Shown: positions 30,989-41,742 of the stretch, one piece after another
Layout: each line of letters begins with the position of its first letter
Position numbering within the stretch: the first letter of the stretch is position 1
Notes under the pieces: model-generated
The model's input: the letters and a program-made list of their open reading frames with translations, nothing else
Database searches by the model: none
Told to the model about the DNA's origin: nothing
Made by a program: the position numbers and the translations under genes
Assembly: GCA_051546255.1 (NCBI GenBank)
Contig: CP128818.1
Span: 372,001 to 436,000, forward strand
Source: Meyerozyma guilliermondii
Lineage: Eukaryota
Direction: 5' to 3'
DNA length: 64,000 nt

Positions 30989-33127
30989 CTACTCGTCGTC
31001 CGAGTCAACATCGATCTCGGGCATTTCGAAATCCGAGTCGTCTGAGAAATCTTCTCTAAGATCTTTCGCAGCCGATGGCTCGGTCAACTTGGGATTATTA
31101 GCTTGCTTAACTGGCTCTGGTGCTCGTAAGTTTTTTGGCTCAGCTGGCTCAGGTTGATTGCTTATGCTATGCTGGAGACTTGTGGAAATTTGGGGCTCAG
31201 AAACTTGAGGTTCAACAGAAACAGCCTCGGGAATTTCGATCTTTCGTCTCTTGTTTTCTGGTTCCACTTCTTTGGTTTCTGGTGCAACTTCCCGTTCCGT
31301 TCTGCTTCCGTTAACCACTTCCTCAGCTTCCTCTGCTTCCTCAGGTTCTTCCTCGCTTTCTTCTTCTTCTTCTTCTTCTTCTTCTTCCTCCTTCACTTCA
31401 ACTGCCTTCAATACCGGTGGAAATCTTGGGTTTCTGAAAACACTCAACAATTCGTCTTCCTTCAAAATGCTGCACACAATTGGCAAGATAGAGGTGGTTT
31501 CAAAACCGGGATGCAACACAGCATTGACCAAGAGGTTTCGAAGTTGCTTAGGAACAGTTCCCTCTTGAATATGATGAGATGCCTTGACTGCTTCCACTAT
31601 GACAAATTTGCACACCTTATTATGCTGGGCGGAGGGAAGATCAGCACAACTAATCAAAGTATTGACGAAAGACTGAACATGGTTTGTGGTGGACTCGGAA
31701 ACTGAAATGTTGAAGAGATGCTGGTGCGATAAAACATCGGCAAGAGGAACAGAAGCTTGTTTCTTTTTCTTCTTACCATTGGAGGAAATTGTGTTTGCTG
31801 TGTTTGAGCTTGTGTTCGAACTTGATCTAGGCTGAACTATAGCCATTGCGGCATCTATGAGCCTCACGAGTCCGGTGGAGTCTTGGTAGTAGGAAACCAA
31901 GGAAATGTTGCAAGCAACACAATCAAGAACAAGACAGATGAATTGTTCATTAGCCACAATCTGGTCGGTATCAAGCGACTTTTTCTTCATTGGGATCAAA
32001 GTTTCCAACAATCCAAGAATTCGCCGCATATATGGAACCAAAGACCCACGGAAAATCAGAGGTAATACCTTCAAAAGCCCCAAAGCAGAAGAGTGAGCAC
32101 ACTGGAGAGTATTTCGAATTATTTGCTTGGTGCTTTCGTCTCGTATTTCTCGCTTAAATGGTATAAAACGAGAGTTAATTGAAAGGACGGCTTCGACGAC
32201 CAACGCTATAATTCCCAATGGAACTTTGGCTACAAACGATGTAGGAGCCAGTAAGTAACCACGAATGAGTCGCAAGAGGATATCAAGTCTCTCAGGCAAA
32301 GAATAAAACGAGGAAGGGTCGTTGATGTCGATTGAAAGAGAAGGAAATTCCAGTTCACCAGATGACGAACGGGGAATTTTTTTGAGTAATTTGCCCAATT
32401 CGGCATCGTCTTCGAAATTGAGGAACTCTCCGTATATCTCTAGCGTATTGGATAACTCTCCAATAAGAGAAAATAAGTCCAGTGACCACCTTTCTTCAGG
32501 TTCTATCTTTTCCACTGCACAGAGTGTGGAAAGAGTATTGCAAAAAATGTCCTTGCTGGAGTCTGGAAAGTTGGAGAACGCAGGACTGAGTATGGTTTCC
32601 ATGATCTTTGATCTTAGCTTGTTCCCAAAAGGACGAAACGTGGTTGGATGTGCTCTGATATACGGTGCTAATCTGGAAACCAAGTAGGCTGGATCGTGTG
32701 AAAATTTCTCCAAGTACAAACCAATGATAGCAGGCAAGTTGGGAGTGAGGAGTTCTCGAGTCATAGTAGGTTTTCCTCGAATACTATCGCAAACATGGTC
32801 GATACACTCAACTAATGACTTGAAGTAGACGGCACTGGTGAACTGGTTACATTGTTCTAAAAGCTTTAAAAGCTGTCCTATGATCTGCAGACCATCACCA
32901 GCCATAATTTTGTAGTTGTCAGCCAACACGCGTATCACATTTATGCCAAACCACCGCCGAAACTGAATTGAAGATCGAGTAAGGTTCAAGGTCCGAGACA
33001 CCAAATGCTTCTGGTCGGGTCCAGAAATGTTCAGCCAGACGGGAGAGCCACTGCGGAGACTGGAGAGCACCGGAACAATTGTCTTAGGCTCCTGCAACTC
33101 ACTCAAAATCACAGCCAATGGCAACAT
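30989..33127 (-). CDS. RIX1: Pre-60S Rix1 complex subunit
   Basis: RGKPTMTRELLTPNLP, HPTTFRPFG, NPRFPP; acidic tail ending FEMPEIDVDSDDE; PAC-like motif upstream. Confidence 0.93.
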   Translation of the reverse strand: MLPLAVILSELQEPKTIVPVLSSLRSGSPVWLNISGPDQKHLVSRTLNLTRSSIQFRRWFGINVIRVLADNYKIMAGDGLQIIGQLLKLLEQCNQFTSAVYFKSLVECIDHVCDSIRGKPTMTRELLTPNLPAIIGLYLEKFSHDPAYLVSRLAPYIRAHPTTFRPFGNKLRSKIMETILSPAFSNFPDSSKDIFCNTLSTLCAVEKIEPEERWSLDLFSLIGELSNTLEIYGEFLNFEDDAELGKLLKKIPRSSSGELEFPSLSIDINDPSSFYSLPERLDILLRLIRGYLLAPTSFVAKVPLGIIALVVEAVLSINSRFIPFKREIRDESTKQIIRNTLQCAHSSALGLLKVLPLIFRGSLVPYMRRILGLLETLIPMKKKSLDTDQIVANEQFICLVLDCVACNISLVSYYQDSTGLVRLIDAAMAIVQPRSSSNTSSNTANTISSNGKKKKKQASVPLADVLSHQHLFNISVSESTTNHVQSFVNTLISCADLPSAQHNKVCKFVIVEAVKASHHIQEGTVPKQLRNLLVNAVLHPGFETTSILPIVCSILKEDELLSVFRNPRFPPVLKAVEVKEEEEEEEEEEESEEEPEEAEEAEEVVNGSRTEREVAPETKEVEPENKRRKIEIPEAVSVEPQVSEPQISTSLQHSISNQPEPAEPKNLRAPEPVKQANNPKLTEPSAAKDLREDFSDDSDFEMPEIDVDSDDE

Positions 33128-33160
33128 GCTTTACAGAAGAAATCGCGATACCAAAAAGTT

Positions 33161-33169
33161 GAGATGAGC
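33161..33169. promoter_or_regulatory. PAC-like motif (GAGATGAGC) upstream of RIX1
   Basis: GATGAG core about 35 bp upstream of the ATG of a ribosome-biogenesis gene. Confidence 0.55.
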
Positions 33170-33218
33170 ATCGGTGAGAATTGCAATTATTTCCTGCATA
33201 GTGCAGATATCTAAATGT

Positions 33219-35716
33219 CTAGAGAACATTGACCAACAAGTCGGTAAAGCCAAATGGCTGGTATAAGGTACCTTCACCCTCGAAGAACTTGGACATAGAT
33301 TCCACCCAGTGCAATCTGAGAGAGTGCAACATGGCAGAAGTACCTTCCATAACCACCAAAATCACCACCGTCAAGATGAACCACATACCAAATAAAATCA
33401 CTGTCATGAATACGCCAACAAATCCAGTCATTCCAAACGAGTTCTGGATGGTCATGGACCACAACACAGTCGAGAGCTGGGCATGGGCCAACGATAAGGC
33501 CCACAATCTAAGGTAAGAGGCCGTGTGAGAAACACAGTTTAAGCAGAATTCGATGGTGTGAATCACCTGGTGGATCATAATGTCACCAAAGTTGTGTCCA
33601 TCTTCGCCCTCTTCATCGTCGTCACCATGTTCTTCGGCTCCATTTTCCACAGCGTGATAGCCTTCTTTGTCCATTTGACGTTTCAAGTAAAGAGGCTTGA
33701 ACAACAATAACCATGGAACACATACCAAAGCCATCAACAAAAGGAAGACTTGAACTCCACTTTGGCCACTATACAATGGCTCTGCGACGGTTCCAGGAGA
33801 CAAAAACATTGAAATCAACATATTAAGAAGTCCTGGAGGCTGTTGTTGAATTGCAAACCAATCGACAGACCACTTGTAGACAATACACAACGACAAGTAA
33901 CCAAAGATACCTTGCATGAAGAGAAGACCTGGCACAAAGTTTCCGATGATATCCACCATGCTGTTGAAGTGGACATAGTTCACCAAGGAGAACATGTACG
34001 AGTATGTCATATGGATATACCCCATCAAAATGGAGAGTTTCATTTTGTAGGAGTTGGAAAACAAAAGTGCATTTTCAGTTCCATGCCAAGCAGGGTCTAA
34101 ACCGAATGCATAGGTTCCTACCTGAGTAGCTCTAATTGTTTCACCTATTTTGAAATTTTCTGGCCATTCCCATCCTGACTTGAACACCGTCATGGTCTTG
34201 GAAAAGACATCGTTGTACAAGAAACCGGTGTACATGGAAAAGACACCCATCAACAAAAGAATGTACCGACCACTGTAAGCCATATCAAAGATTTCGTCCT
34301 TTTTCATCATCCCCAATTTTTTCTCGTTCAAAACGAGAAGCAGCGCTGCCAATGCCAAAATAAAACCATGTCCCAAATCACCAAACATGATTGCAAACAT
34401 AAAGGGGAAAGTGATAATAGTGGGCAATCCGGGGTTAACTTCACGGTAGGTAGCTATGCCGTATGCATCACAAATGCTCTGGAATGCGCCGGTAAACTTG
34501 TTAGTCCTGTGGAATGTAGGAGGCATTTTGGAGGTTTCCAACAAGTTGACAATGGTGGGAAAGTTTGAGTCGCTGCGAACGGTTTTCTGGAGGGTTTCGA
34601 TTTCGTCTTTTGGAACCCAACCTTCGGCAATCAACAGTTTTCTCAGAGCATCGTAATCGCACTTGTTCATGGTGTAGTAAACGGCTTTTTCACGAGCAAT
34701 CACTTCCCACCATTTAGCCAAGTCTCTGGAAATAGCGATGAGCTCAGAACTTAAAGCGTGCTCAGTTTGGGCCACAACCGTGGACATATCTGCAAGTTTT
34801 TCGTCGACTTCTTTAAGTTGTTCACGTCTCAAATCCGGGGTAATATCCACGTCAAACAAGTCGGCATCCAACGATTCGGCGATTTTGCGCACTCTTTGTT
34901 GAATCAACGAACCATGAGCAAAAATGATAAAAGCATTTTTGTCAACTGAGGTGTCGGACTTGTAGTCGTAAATTGGCTGGGAGATTTCCTCCGAGTAGTA
35001 ATAGAGATTTCCTCTCAATACACGCCAAAGAATCTGCTGCAACGTAATGGCTTTGGAACGAGGAATAATACCGGAAATGAAACTCGAGTCACCACGAGAA
35101 CCATTGGCAGCAGTGGCTCCACCACCCTCTTCCAACGCCGAAAGAAGTGCCTCTGTCTCGTCTTGACCCGAAGAAGGGGCCCCTACAGAAGACTTGAAGA
35201 AGTTGTCAACCGCATGAATCGTCCATTTTTTCTCCTTCAATTCCCGTTGGCGGTCGTACAAAACACCAGCAGACTCGGTCAATTGGCTAACTCTGTCCTC
35301 CAAGAGTTGAGCATTTTCTGCGTGCTCGTCGATCTCCGACTGGGGAGGAATCTCTGTCGATTCAACGGCATATGGGTCGCTGCTTACTTCGATACCCTTA
35401 CGGTCCAATTGAGCTTTAAAAAAAGTGTACTGTCTCTCAATGTTGTCGAGTTTTCGAAGCTCTTTGACGAAAGTTCTTTGGAATTCATTGACTTTCGCAT
35501 TCAAGTCCCGAAACTGAACGAGATTGAGTTGTCCAATTTGATGAATAATATCCCGAGACACTTCGGTAGGAACATAAAGCTGGACAAGCAGCATTTCCGC
35601 AGAGCCTGTGTTAGTATAAAAAGAAGGTAATTTTGTGACTGATCAATGCAGCGTGTCACGATGCACCGGAAACAACCAAAAGACTTACGAAAAACAGCTT
35701 CATACTTGTCCGTCAT
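33219..35716 (-). CDS. VPH1: V-ATPase V0 subunit a; exons 35716-35689 and 35605-33219
   Basis: Spliced N-terminus MTDKYEAVFRSAEM(S)LVQLY; FMFAIMFGDLGHG; SHTASYLRLWALSLAH containing the essential Arg. STV1 is not fully excluded. Confidence 0.9.
35606..35688 (-). other. Spliceosomal intron, 83 nt (VPH1)
   Basis: GTAAGT...TACTAACACAG; splicing restores the conserved FRSAEM motif. Confidence 0.95.
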
Positions 35717-36221
35717 GATGGCAAGTGTTGGGGTGAAATGAGAATTGAGATTGGAAGAGACGGGTACTGCAGGAGGGAGGATACTGCAGATAAGCGGCGA
35801 CGAAACAAACTGCAGGTAAGACAGGAATCCGATAAGAGAAAAATTCAATAAAAATCCTATTGCTGAAGAAGAGAAAAGCTGGTTGTTCAAAGAAAATAGC
35901 AGCAAAAGCAGATTTTATCTCGAAGCAACGCTGAGGAGTGGCTTGTCAACTATGACGTAACTCCGGGAACAATGGAATGTCGCGCGACATTTTCATCGAC
36001 GAACCAAAAGCTAATTGTCTTGAACCAAATCAAAGTCTGGCTAAGTCAACTTGGATAGTCTTACAAATGTTCTGTTAGTTTGTCAGCTTTTTCTCCTATT
36101 TTTGAAGCCGCAGCAACCGTTTTCTGTGATCGAGAGTGCGTCTGCACTCTGTGCGGCGCTTACGTCAATCGACGTTACGGATAAATATATAGTTTGCACC
36201 GATGAAAAATAACCAAAAAGC

Positions 36222-36815
36222 ATGAATTTTTTCAAGACCAAAACGCTCGTGGCCGATTCGAACAACATGGTACGAGGTACGGCTTCTGAGGTGGCTGCGT
36301 ACATAGATCGAGATATTGCAGCCATTAAACGCGACATCAAAAGCCTCGACAAATCAACCGGAATTGTAAGCAAAACACTTTATAAACGTCTTTACCATGC
36401 CTTGGAGAAAGACCATCGTCTAGAAATCAAGGGAATTGACAAGAAAAACCCTGACAAATTGGTGGCTGTTCTAGAACGGCATGCTGAGGAATGGGACCAG
36501 TTTCGGGCTATCTGCAGGAACAACCATTCTAGCGCAGTGGTTCAGCAACATTTGCAGCAAAATCGGAATTCAAAAAGTTCCGAAATTGACGATGCTCCCG
36601 ATTCGCTCCTTGATCCCATATCACTCAATATTTTCCTAGATCCGGTGGTTACACCCTGCGGAATCACGTACGAGAAAAAAAATCTTCTCCACCATTTCAT
36701 GCATAACGGACCCTACGACCCTCTCACACGAAAGCGGGTGCTGGAAGACCAACTCTACCCCAATTTGGTGATCAAAGATGCCGTGGCCGAGTATATAGAT
36801 AAGAGCATGTCATGA
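36222..36815 (+). CDS. U-box protein with CHIP/STUB1-like U-box and no TPR domain
   Basis: C-terminal PDSLLDPISLNIFLDPVVTPCGITYEK...YDPLTR...LYPNLVIKDAV. Confidence 0.85.
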   Translation: MNFFKTKTLVADSNNMVRGTASEVAAYIDRDIAAIKRDIKSLDKSTGIVSKTLYKRLYHALEKDHRLEIKGIDKKNPDKLVAVLERHAEEWDQFRAICRNNHSSAVVQQHLQQNRNSKSSEIDDAPDSLLDPISLNIFLDPVVTPCGITYEKKNLLHHFMHNGPYDPLTRKRVLEDQLYPNLVIKDAVAEYIDKSMS

Positions 36816-36876
36816 ATAGAAAAACCTTAAGTATGGGTGCACGGGTGCAAACCCATCCCAACTCGCGAATCTCAAT

Positions 36877-36884
36877 CTCATCGC
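36877..36884. promoter_or_regulatory. PAC motif (CTCATCGC) upstream of ELP1
   Basis: Exact reverse complement of GCGATGAG, 13 bp before the ATG. Confidence 0.6.
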
Positions 36885-36897
36885 AGATTTCAGAACT

Positions 36898-39800
36898 ATG
36901 AGGAACCTTCGAATTTTGAATGAGGGCCAGGTGGTTCCCGAGTCCAGGACGTACCCTGACCTCACCATAGCCGATGCGGTGTTCGACGTTACACAAAATA
37001 GCATTCTTTTTGCACTTACGCTGCCCGAGTCCGGAATTTTCGAAGTTCAACTGTTCATGAAAACCGGTGAAACTGCCGTTCTTGCGTCATTTCCGGTGTC
37101 TGACGCTTCGTTAAAGAGCTTTGCGCACTTTGTGGACTCGTGTCAGCTTGTGTTTGCCTTCAGCAACGGAGATATTATCACGGCAACTTATGATCCCACC
37201 GCTCCAGATCCAGACACAACCATAGTGGAAATTGTAGGTTCAATTGATGCTGGTATTTGGGCTGCCGAGTGGTCCTATGACGAAGAAACATTTGCTGTTT
37301 TGACGGCGGAGTACAAGTTGGTTCTTCTTTCCCGCCAACTCGAACCGGTGGCTGAAAAAATGTTGGATCCCAGCGACATCAAAATCACCGATTCCAAGCA
37401 TGTTTCCGTAGGATGGGGTAAAAAAGAAACCCAGTTCAAGGGAAGAGGAGCCATGGCTGCCCAGAGAGAAAGAGAGGCGTTAAAACATGCCGGTTTGCAT
37501 GAAAATGTGGACAATCTCAAGGACCCTACAGTAGGTGAAATCGAGCAAGGAATTTTGTCTACGGCGGATTTGGGAGTTAACACCATCTCGTGGAGAGGAG
37601 ACAGTGCTTACTTGGCAGTATCTACCATAGAACTGGTCGTGGTGGAAGATACAGGCGAAAAGTACGATCGTCGAGTCATAAGAGTATTCAGTCGAGAAGG
37701 TGAACTCGACAGTGTCAATGAAGCCGTTGATGGTCTCGAGCATAATTTGGCATGGAGACCCCAGGGCCACATAGCGTCCACTCAAAGACACACAGACGGG
37801 GAATCTGGAATCGATATTGTATTTTATGAGAGAAATGGTCTTCGTCATGGAGAGTTCAATTCGAGACTAGACCCAGATACCAATACGATCATAAGTCTTC
37901 ATTGGTCCTCCGACAGCAGTGTGCTAGCTGTGCATGTCCTTAGCACCATCGACAACACGAATCGAATCCAGCTCTGGACTACAAAAAATTACCATTGGTA
38001 TTTGAAGCAGGAAATCAGCTTTGCTGAAATATCCTTCCTCAAATTTCACCCAGAAAAACCATTGCACCTCATGGTTGGATGTCCCCAACAAATACGCATA
38101 ATAGACTTGGTGCTGTCGCTTTCTACGGGACCAACATTCAGAGGACTTGACAGTGGAACAGTGATGGTGACAGACGGCTCCGAGCTCAAAGTCACACCAA
38201 TGGCTGTTGCTAATGTTCCTCCGCCAATGGCATACAGAGAGATCGAGATTGGCGAATGCATTACTGATACTGCTTGCTCGTCATCGAATGAATTGGTGGT
38301 GGCTCTCACAAATAACCAGAATTTGGCATCCATTGCGGTGCCCTTTGAAGGTCCTTCTAAAGTGTTGAAGAAGCAAAGCTTGAAAGACTTTCTCCTGCCA
38401 GACGAGAGTCCAAGACAAATAGCGTTTGCACGTTCAACCGCTGCAGTTCTCGTCGACGGAGACGTTCAAAAAGTACTTTTCTTTGACATCGATCTTGACG
38501 CAAAAATCACATTCAAAGACTCAATGGACACTCCAGCAAAGATAGTTCTTCTCAAACTGTCTTCGAACTACGATTCATGGGTTCTTGAATCCTCGAACGG
38601 AACAGTGTACCGTCACATAAACGACGAATTTCAACCCGTTACCAGGTTTCCTCAACTTTGCAGAGATTTCGAGATGGCTGTTCAAGACAACAATATTTCA
38701 GCTTTTGGGATCTCAGCCAACGGTAAGCTCTTTGCAAACGAAACCCAAATTTGTTCCGGTGTCACTTCAATCAAAGTGACAGAATCACATCTTCTTTTCA
38801 CAACTGTGCGTAACCACCTTTGCTTTGTTCACTTGAACGAAAAATACCAAGAGTTTGACGAGGTTGCGAAAACAGGTTCCGATGAAAGAATCCGCCAAAT
38901 CGAGCAAGGATCTTTGCTTGTCACTGTAATGCCATCAAAATACTCGGTTGTGTTGCAAGCACCTCGAGGAAATCTCGAACGAGTTTGTCCGAGAATCATG
39001 GTGCTCACAGCTGTTCGTGATTTCATTCGTAACAAGCAGTTTGGTGAAGCATTCATGGCTTGTCGTGTCCATCGAATTGATTTAGATATCCTTCATGACT
39101 ACGATCGCGAGTTATTTTTTGACAATGTGGAGCTTTTCGTAAAGCAAATTAACAAAGTAGAACATTTGGACTTGTTCGTCTCTTGCATCCACGAAGAGGA
39201 TGTGACAAAGACAAAGTACAGAGACACATTGGGCGAGGTGGATGACATTTCAGCTGAAGCCCAGGTAGATCAGGAAGACAATAATGTCAATTCTGTCAAG
39301 AAGATAATCCGCAACAAAGAAAATACTGCGGTGGTTGAAAACAGTAAAGTGAACAAGATTTGCGATGCTATATTGAAAGTGCTTTGCAAACCCGCCTATT
39401 TCGATTCTCATCTTCAAACCATCGTAACGGCGTACGCCTGTCAAAGTCCTCCAAATTTGACCGAGGCACTCAATTTAATCAACAGCCTCCAAAACTCAGC
39501 TCAGGCGGAACTGGCGCTTGAACACTTGTGCTTCTTGCAAGACGTCTTGAAGTTGTACAAGACAGCGTTGGGAATCTATAATGTGAAAATGACCTTGGCA
39601 ATTGCCCAAAAATCCCAAATGGACCCTAAAGAATACTTACCTTTCCTCCAAAATTTGCATGAACAAAGCGAGTTACGGCGCCGGTTCCTTATTGACGACT
39701 TCTTGAAAAACCACGTCAAAGCACTCGATTGGTTACATCAACTTGGTCCAGAAGCGGAACAGGAATTTGACGACTATACCGTCAACCACAGCTTGTACCA

Positions 39801-40827
39801 GCGAGCATTGCAGATTCACCACGATGACGAAAAAAGAGTGCAAAAAATTACCAAATTGTATGCCGACTTCTTGGTTCTGCAACAAAAGTATGTGGATGCA
39901 GCTGTCAGCTACGAATACTTGGGCGAGTTGGACGCAGCTTGTGAGAGCTATGTTACTGCCAAGCGGTGGAGAGAAGCATTGGCTCTTGTTGCTGGAACAG
40001 ACAAGCTTACTTTTATTGCCATAAAGCTCGTGAGTTCTCTTTCTGACGATCACCGGTATTCTGAAGCGGCAGTCATTCTGAAGGACTATTTGCACCAGGT
40101 GGAGGAAGCTGTGGTTTTATACTGCAAAAGTTACCGTTATGACGAAGCAATTCTTTTGTCTTTACAAAATAATCGCAAAGACCTTCTTGACAGTGTTGTG
40201 GACGGACAACTTGGAGATGGGTTTGGTACGATTGCTGAACTTTTGGCCGACTGTAAGGGCCAAATGACTTCTCAGCTTCGTCGTTTGCGCGAGTTGCGAG
40301 AAAAGAAGAGCCAAGATCCATATTCATTTTACGAAAATCCTGAAGCTGTCGAAACAGCAGATAACGTATCGGTGGCCGCTTCGGAGACCTCGACTGCTCC
40401 GTCGTTCTTCACACGTTACACCGGCAAAACCAGCGGAACTGCCAAGACTGGAGCCTCGAGAAAGACTGCCAAAAACAAAAAGAGAGAAGAAAGAAAGCGT
40501 GCCAAGGGAAGGAAGGGCACCATATACGAGGAGGAGTATCTCATCAAGTCTGTGGGACGAATGGTGGAGCGATTGGAGCAAACCCAGGGAGATGCAGTAA
40601 GACTTCTTGAAGGACTCTTGAGACGCAAGAAGAAGGAACAAGCGTACAGTCTTCAAAAGAGCTGGGTGGAATTGATCCAATACATTTCCGACAACATTGA
40701 AGAGGTTCACAAAATGGACATCAAGGACCGTGAGCGTATTGATGATAATGGAGAAGTGTACTTGATCGACGAGATACCTGTTCCGAAGGTGCCGGAGTTT
40801 CCACGGTTGCCAATGCTCGATTACTAG
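36898..40827 (+). CDS. IKI3: Elongator complex subunit Elp1
   Basis: MRNL start, VSVGWGKKETQFKG, YERNGLRHGEF, NYHWYLKQ, SQMDPKEYLPFL, KGTIYEEEYL. Confidence 0.97.
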   Translation: MRNLRILNEGQVVPESRTYPDLTIADAVFDVTQNSILFALTLPESGIFEVQLFMKTGETAVLASFPVSDASLKSFAHFVDSCQLVFAFSNGDIITATYDPTAPDPDTTIVEIVGSIDAGIWAAEWSYDEETFAVLTAEYKLVLLSRQLEPVAEKMLDPSDIKITDSKHVSVGWGKKETQFKGRGAMAAQREREALKHAGLHENVDNLKDPTVGEIEQGILSTADLGVNTISWRGDSAYLAVSTIELVVVEDTGEKYDRRVIRVFSREGELDSVNEAVDGLEHNLAWRPQGHIASTQRHTDGESGIDIVFYERNGLRHGEFNSRLDPDTNTIISLHWSSDSSVLAVHVLSTIDNTNRIQLWTTKNYHWYLKQEISFAEISFLKFHPEKPLHLMVGCPQQIRIIDLVLSLSTGPTFRGLDSGTVMVTDGSELKVTPMAVANVPPPMAYREIEIGECITDTACSSSNELVVALTNNQNLASIAVPFEGPSKVLKKQSLKDFLLPDESPRQIAFARSTAAVLVDGDVQKVLFFDIDLDAKITFKDSMDTPAKIVLLKLSSNYDSWVLESSNGTVYRHINDEFQPVTRFPQLCRDFEMAVQDNNISAFGISANGKLFANETQICSGVTSIKVTESHLLFTTVRNHLCFVHLNEKYQEFDEVAKTGSDERIRQIEQGSLLVTVMPSKYSVVLQAPRGNLERVCPRIMVLTAVRDFIRNKQFGEAFMACRVHRIDLDILHDYDRELFFDNVELFVKQINKVEHLDLFVSCIHEEDVTKTKYRDTLGEVDDISAEAQVDQEDNNVNSVKKIIRNKENTAVVENSKVNKICDAILKVLCKPAYFDSHLQTIVTAYACQSPPNLTEALNLINSLQNSAQAELALEHLCFLQDVLKLYKTALGIYNVKMTLAIAQKSQMDPKEYLPFLQNLHEQSELRRRFLIDDFLKNHVKALDWLHQLGPEAEQEFDDYTVNHSLYQRALQIHHDDEKRVQKITKLYADFLVLQQKYVDAAVSYEYLGELDAACESYVTAKRWREALALVAGTDKLTFIAIKLVSSLSDDHRYSEAAVILKDYLHQVEEAVVLYCKSYRYDEAILLSLQNNRKDLLDSVVDGQLGDGFGTIAELLADCKGQMTSQLRRLRELREKKSQDPYSFYENPEAVETADNVSVAASETSTAPSFFTRYTGKTSGTAKTGASRKTAKNKKREERKRAKGRKGTIYEEEYLIKSVGRMVERLEQTQGDAVRLLEGLLRRKKKEQAYSLQKSWVELIQYISDNIEEVHKMDIKDRERIDDNGEVYLIDEIPVPKVPEFPRLPMLDY

Positions 40828-41006
40828 ATTAAAGGACCAGTTTCGTAATGAGATACCAATGCAAAATCGGTATAGGAAGTAATGTTTCGGTAATTGCATG
40901 TTCATAGTTCAGCTTGAGTAAGCTTGACAAAGGCTAGTAGCTCATAGTAGCTCATAGCAGTTTACAGTAGCTTATAGTAAGTATAGCAGCTTTCGAAGCT
41001 TACAGA

Positions 41007-41516
41007 CTATCGTTTATCGGCTTCCTCCATCACCACCACCAACCCCAATATAGCTCTCATTGTCGCCTGAGTCGTTGCCTCCTTGATGCTCTTGTTGTAC
41101 GCTCTTGCCTTTGGTAAATTGGTGGCTTTTCCGTAACCATTTGCTCTAGATTTTGTGCCGTCAGAAAGTATCACTTCGACTTCAGCCGTGTGCGATACAG
41201 TGTATTTTTCAGCTTCTCCAGAAATATTTGTCACGGCACAATTGCAAACACGAGAGCTCCAGCCGTTGTAACCAAAGACCCGAGAAGCTAAGAGGACAAC
41301 CAGACGAGGTGGAAGTGAATGCCGGGACTTGTTTAGTCGCTGTTGAAGATTTTCGAGTCTTGCTTCGAGAGTGCCAATTTTTATCAGGGCCCACCGAGAC
41401 AATGGTTTGAAGGTTTTGGCAGGCTCAAACTGTGCGGGATCGGGAAAGAATTGGGTGAGTGACGAGTCACTGAGTGAACATGAAGTTTGTATGGAGTTTT
41501 GAAGAAGTGAGTTCAT
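41007..41516 (-). CDS. RAD59: Rad52-family annealing protein, Rad59-like
   Basis: Short Rad52 N-terminal domain only: WALIKIGTLEARLE, VFGYNGWSS, GYGKATNLP..AYNKSIKEATT. Confidence 0.85.
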   Translation of the reverse strand: MNSLLQNSIQTSCSLSDSSLTQFFPDPAQFEPAKTFKPLSRWALIKIGTLEARLENLQQRLNKSRHSLPPRLVVLLASRVFGYNGWSSRVCNCAVTNISGEAEKYTVSHTAEVEVILSDGTKSRANGYGKATNLPKARAYNKSIKEATTQATMRAILGLVVVMEEADKR

Positions 41517-41742
41517 GGGAATAAAGCAGATATAGTAACGGTGAAGTTATTGAAGGTTTAGATTTATAGTTTAGGATCTGGATTGGTATTCTGTCTTCTG
41601 TCTTCTGTTCAATTTCGATCTTCAGTTTTTCGAATCTCTATTCTTTTTTGTTATTCTTTTTTGTATTGTCTCTTTATTTTACGCGCAGGGTCCATTCTCA
41701 GATTGATTCGCGCTCAAATTCACCGTTTTCAGTTCCAGTATC

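Noticed and set aside
31358..31392. (TTC)n microsatellite
   Set aside because: Encodes the expected poly-Glu acidic tail of Rix1.
11096..36815. Apparent ubiquitin-ligase cluster (cullin, APC5, U-box)
   Set aside because: Spread over 25 kb among unrelated housekeeping genes; no evidence of a functional cluster.
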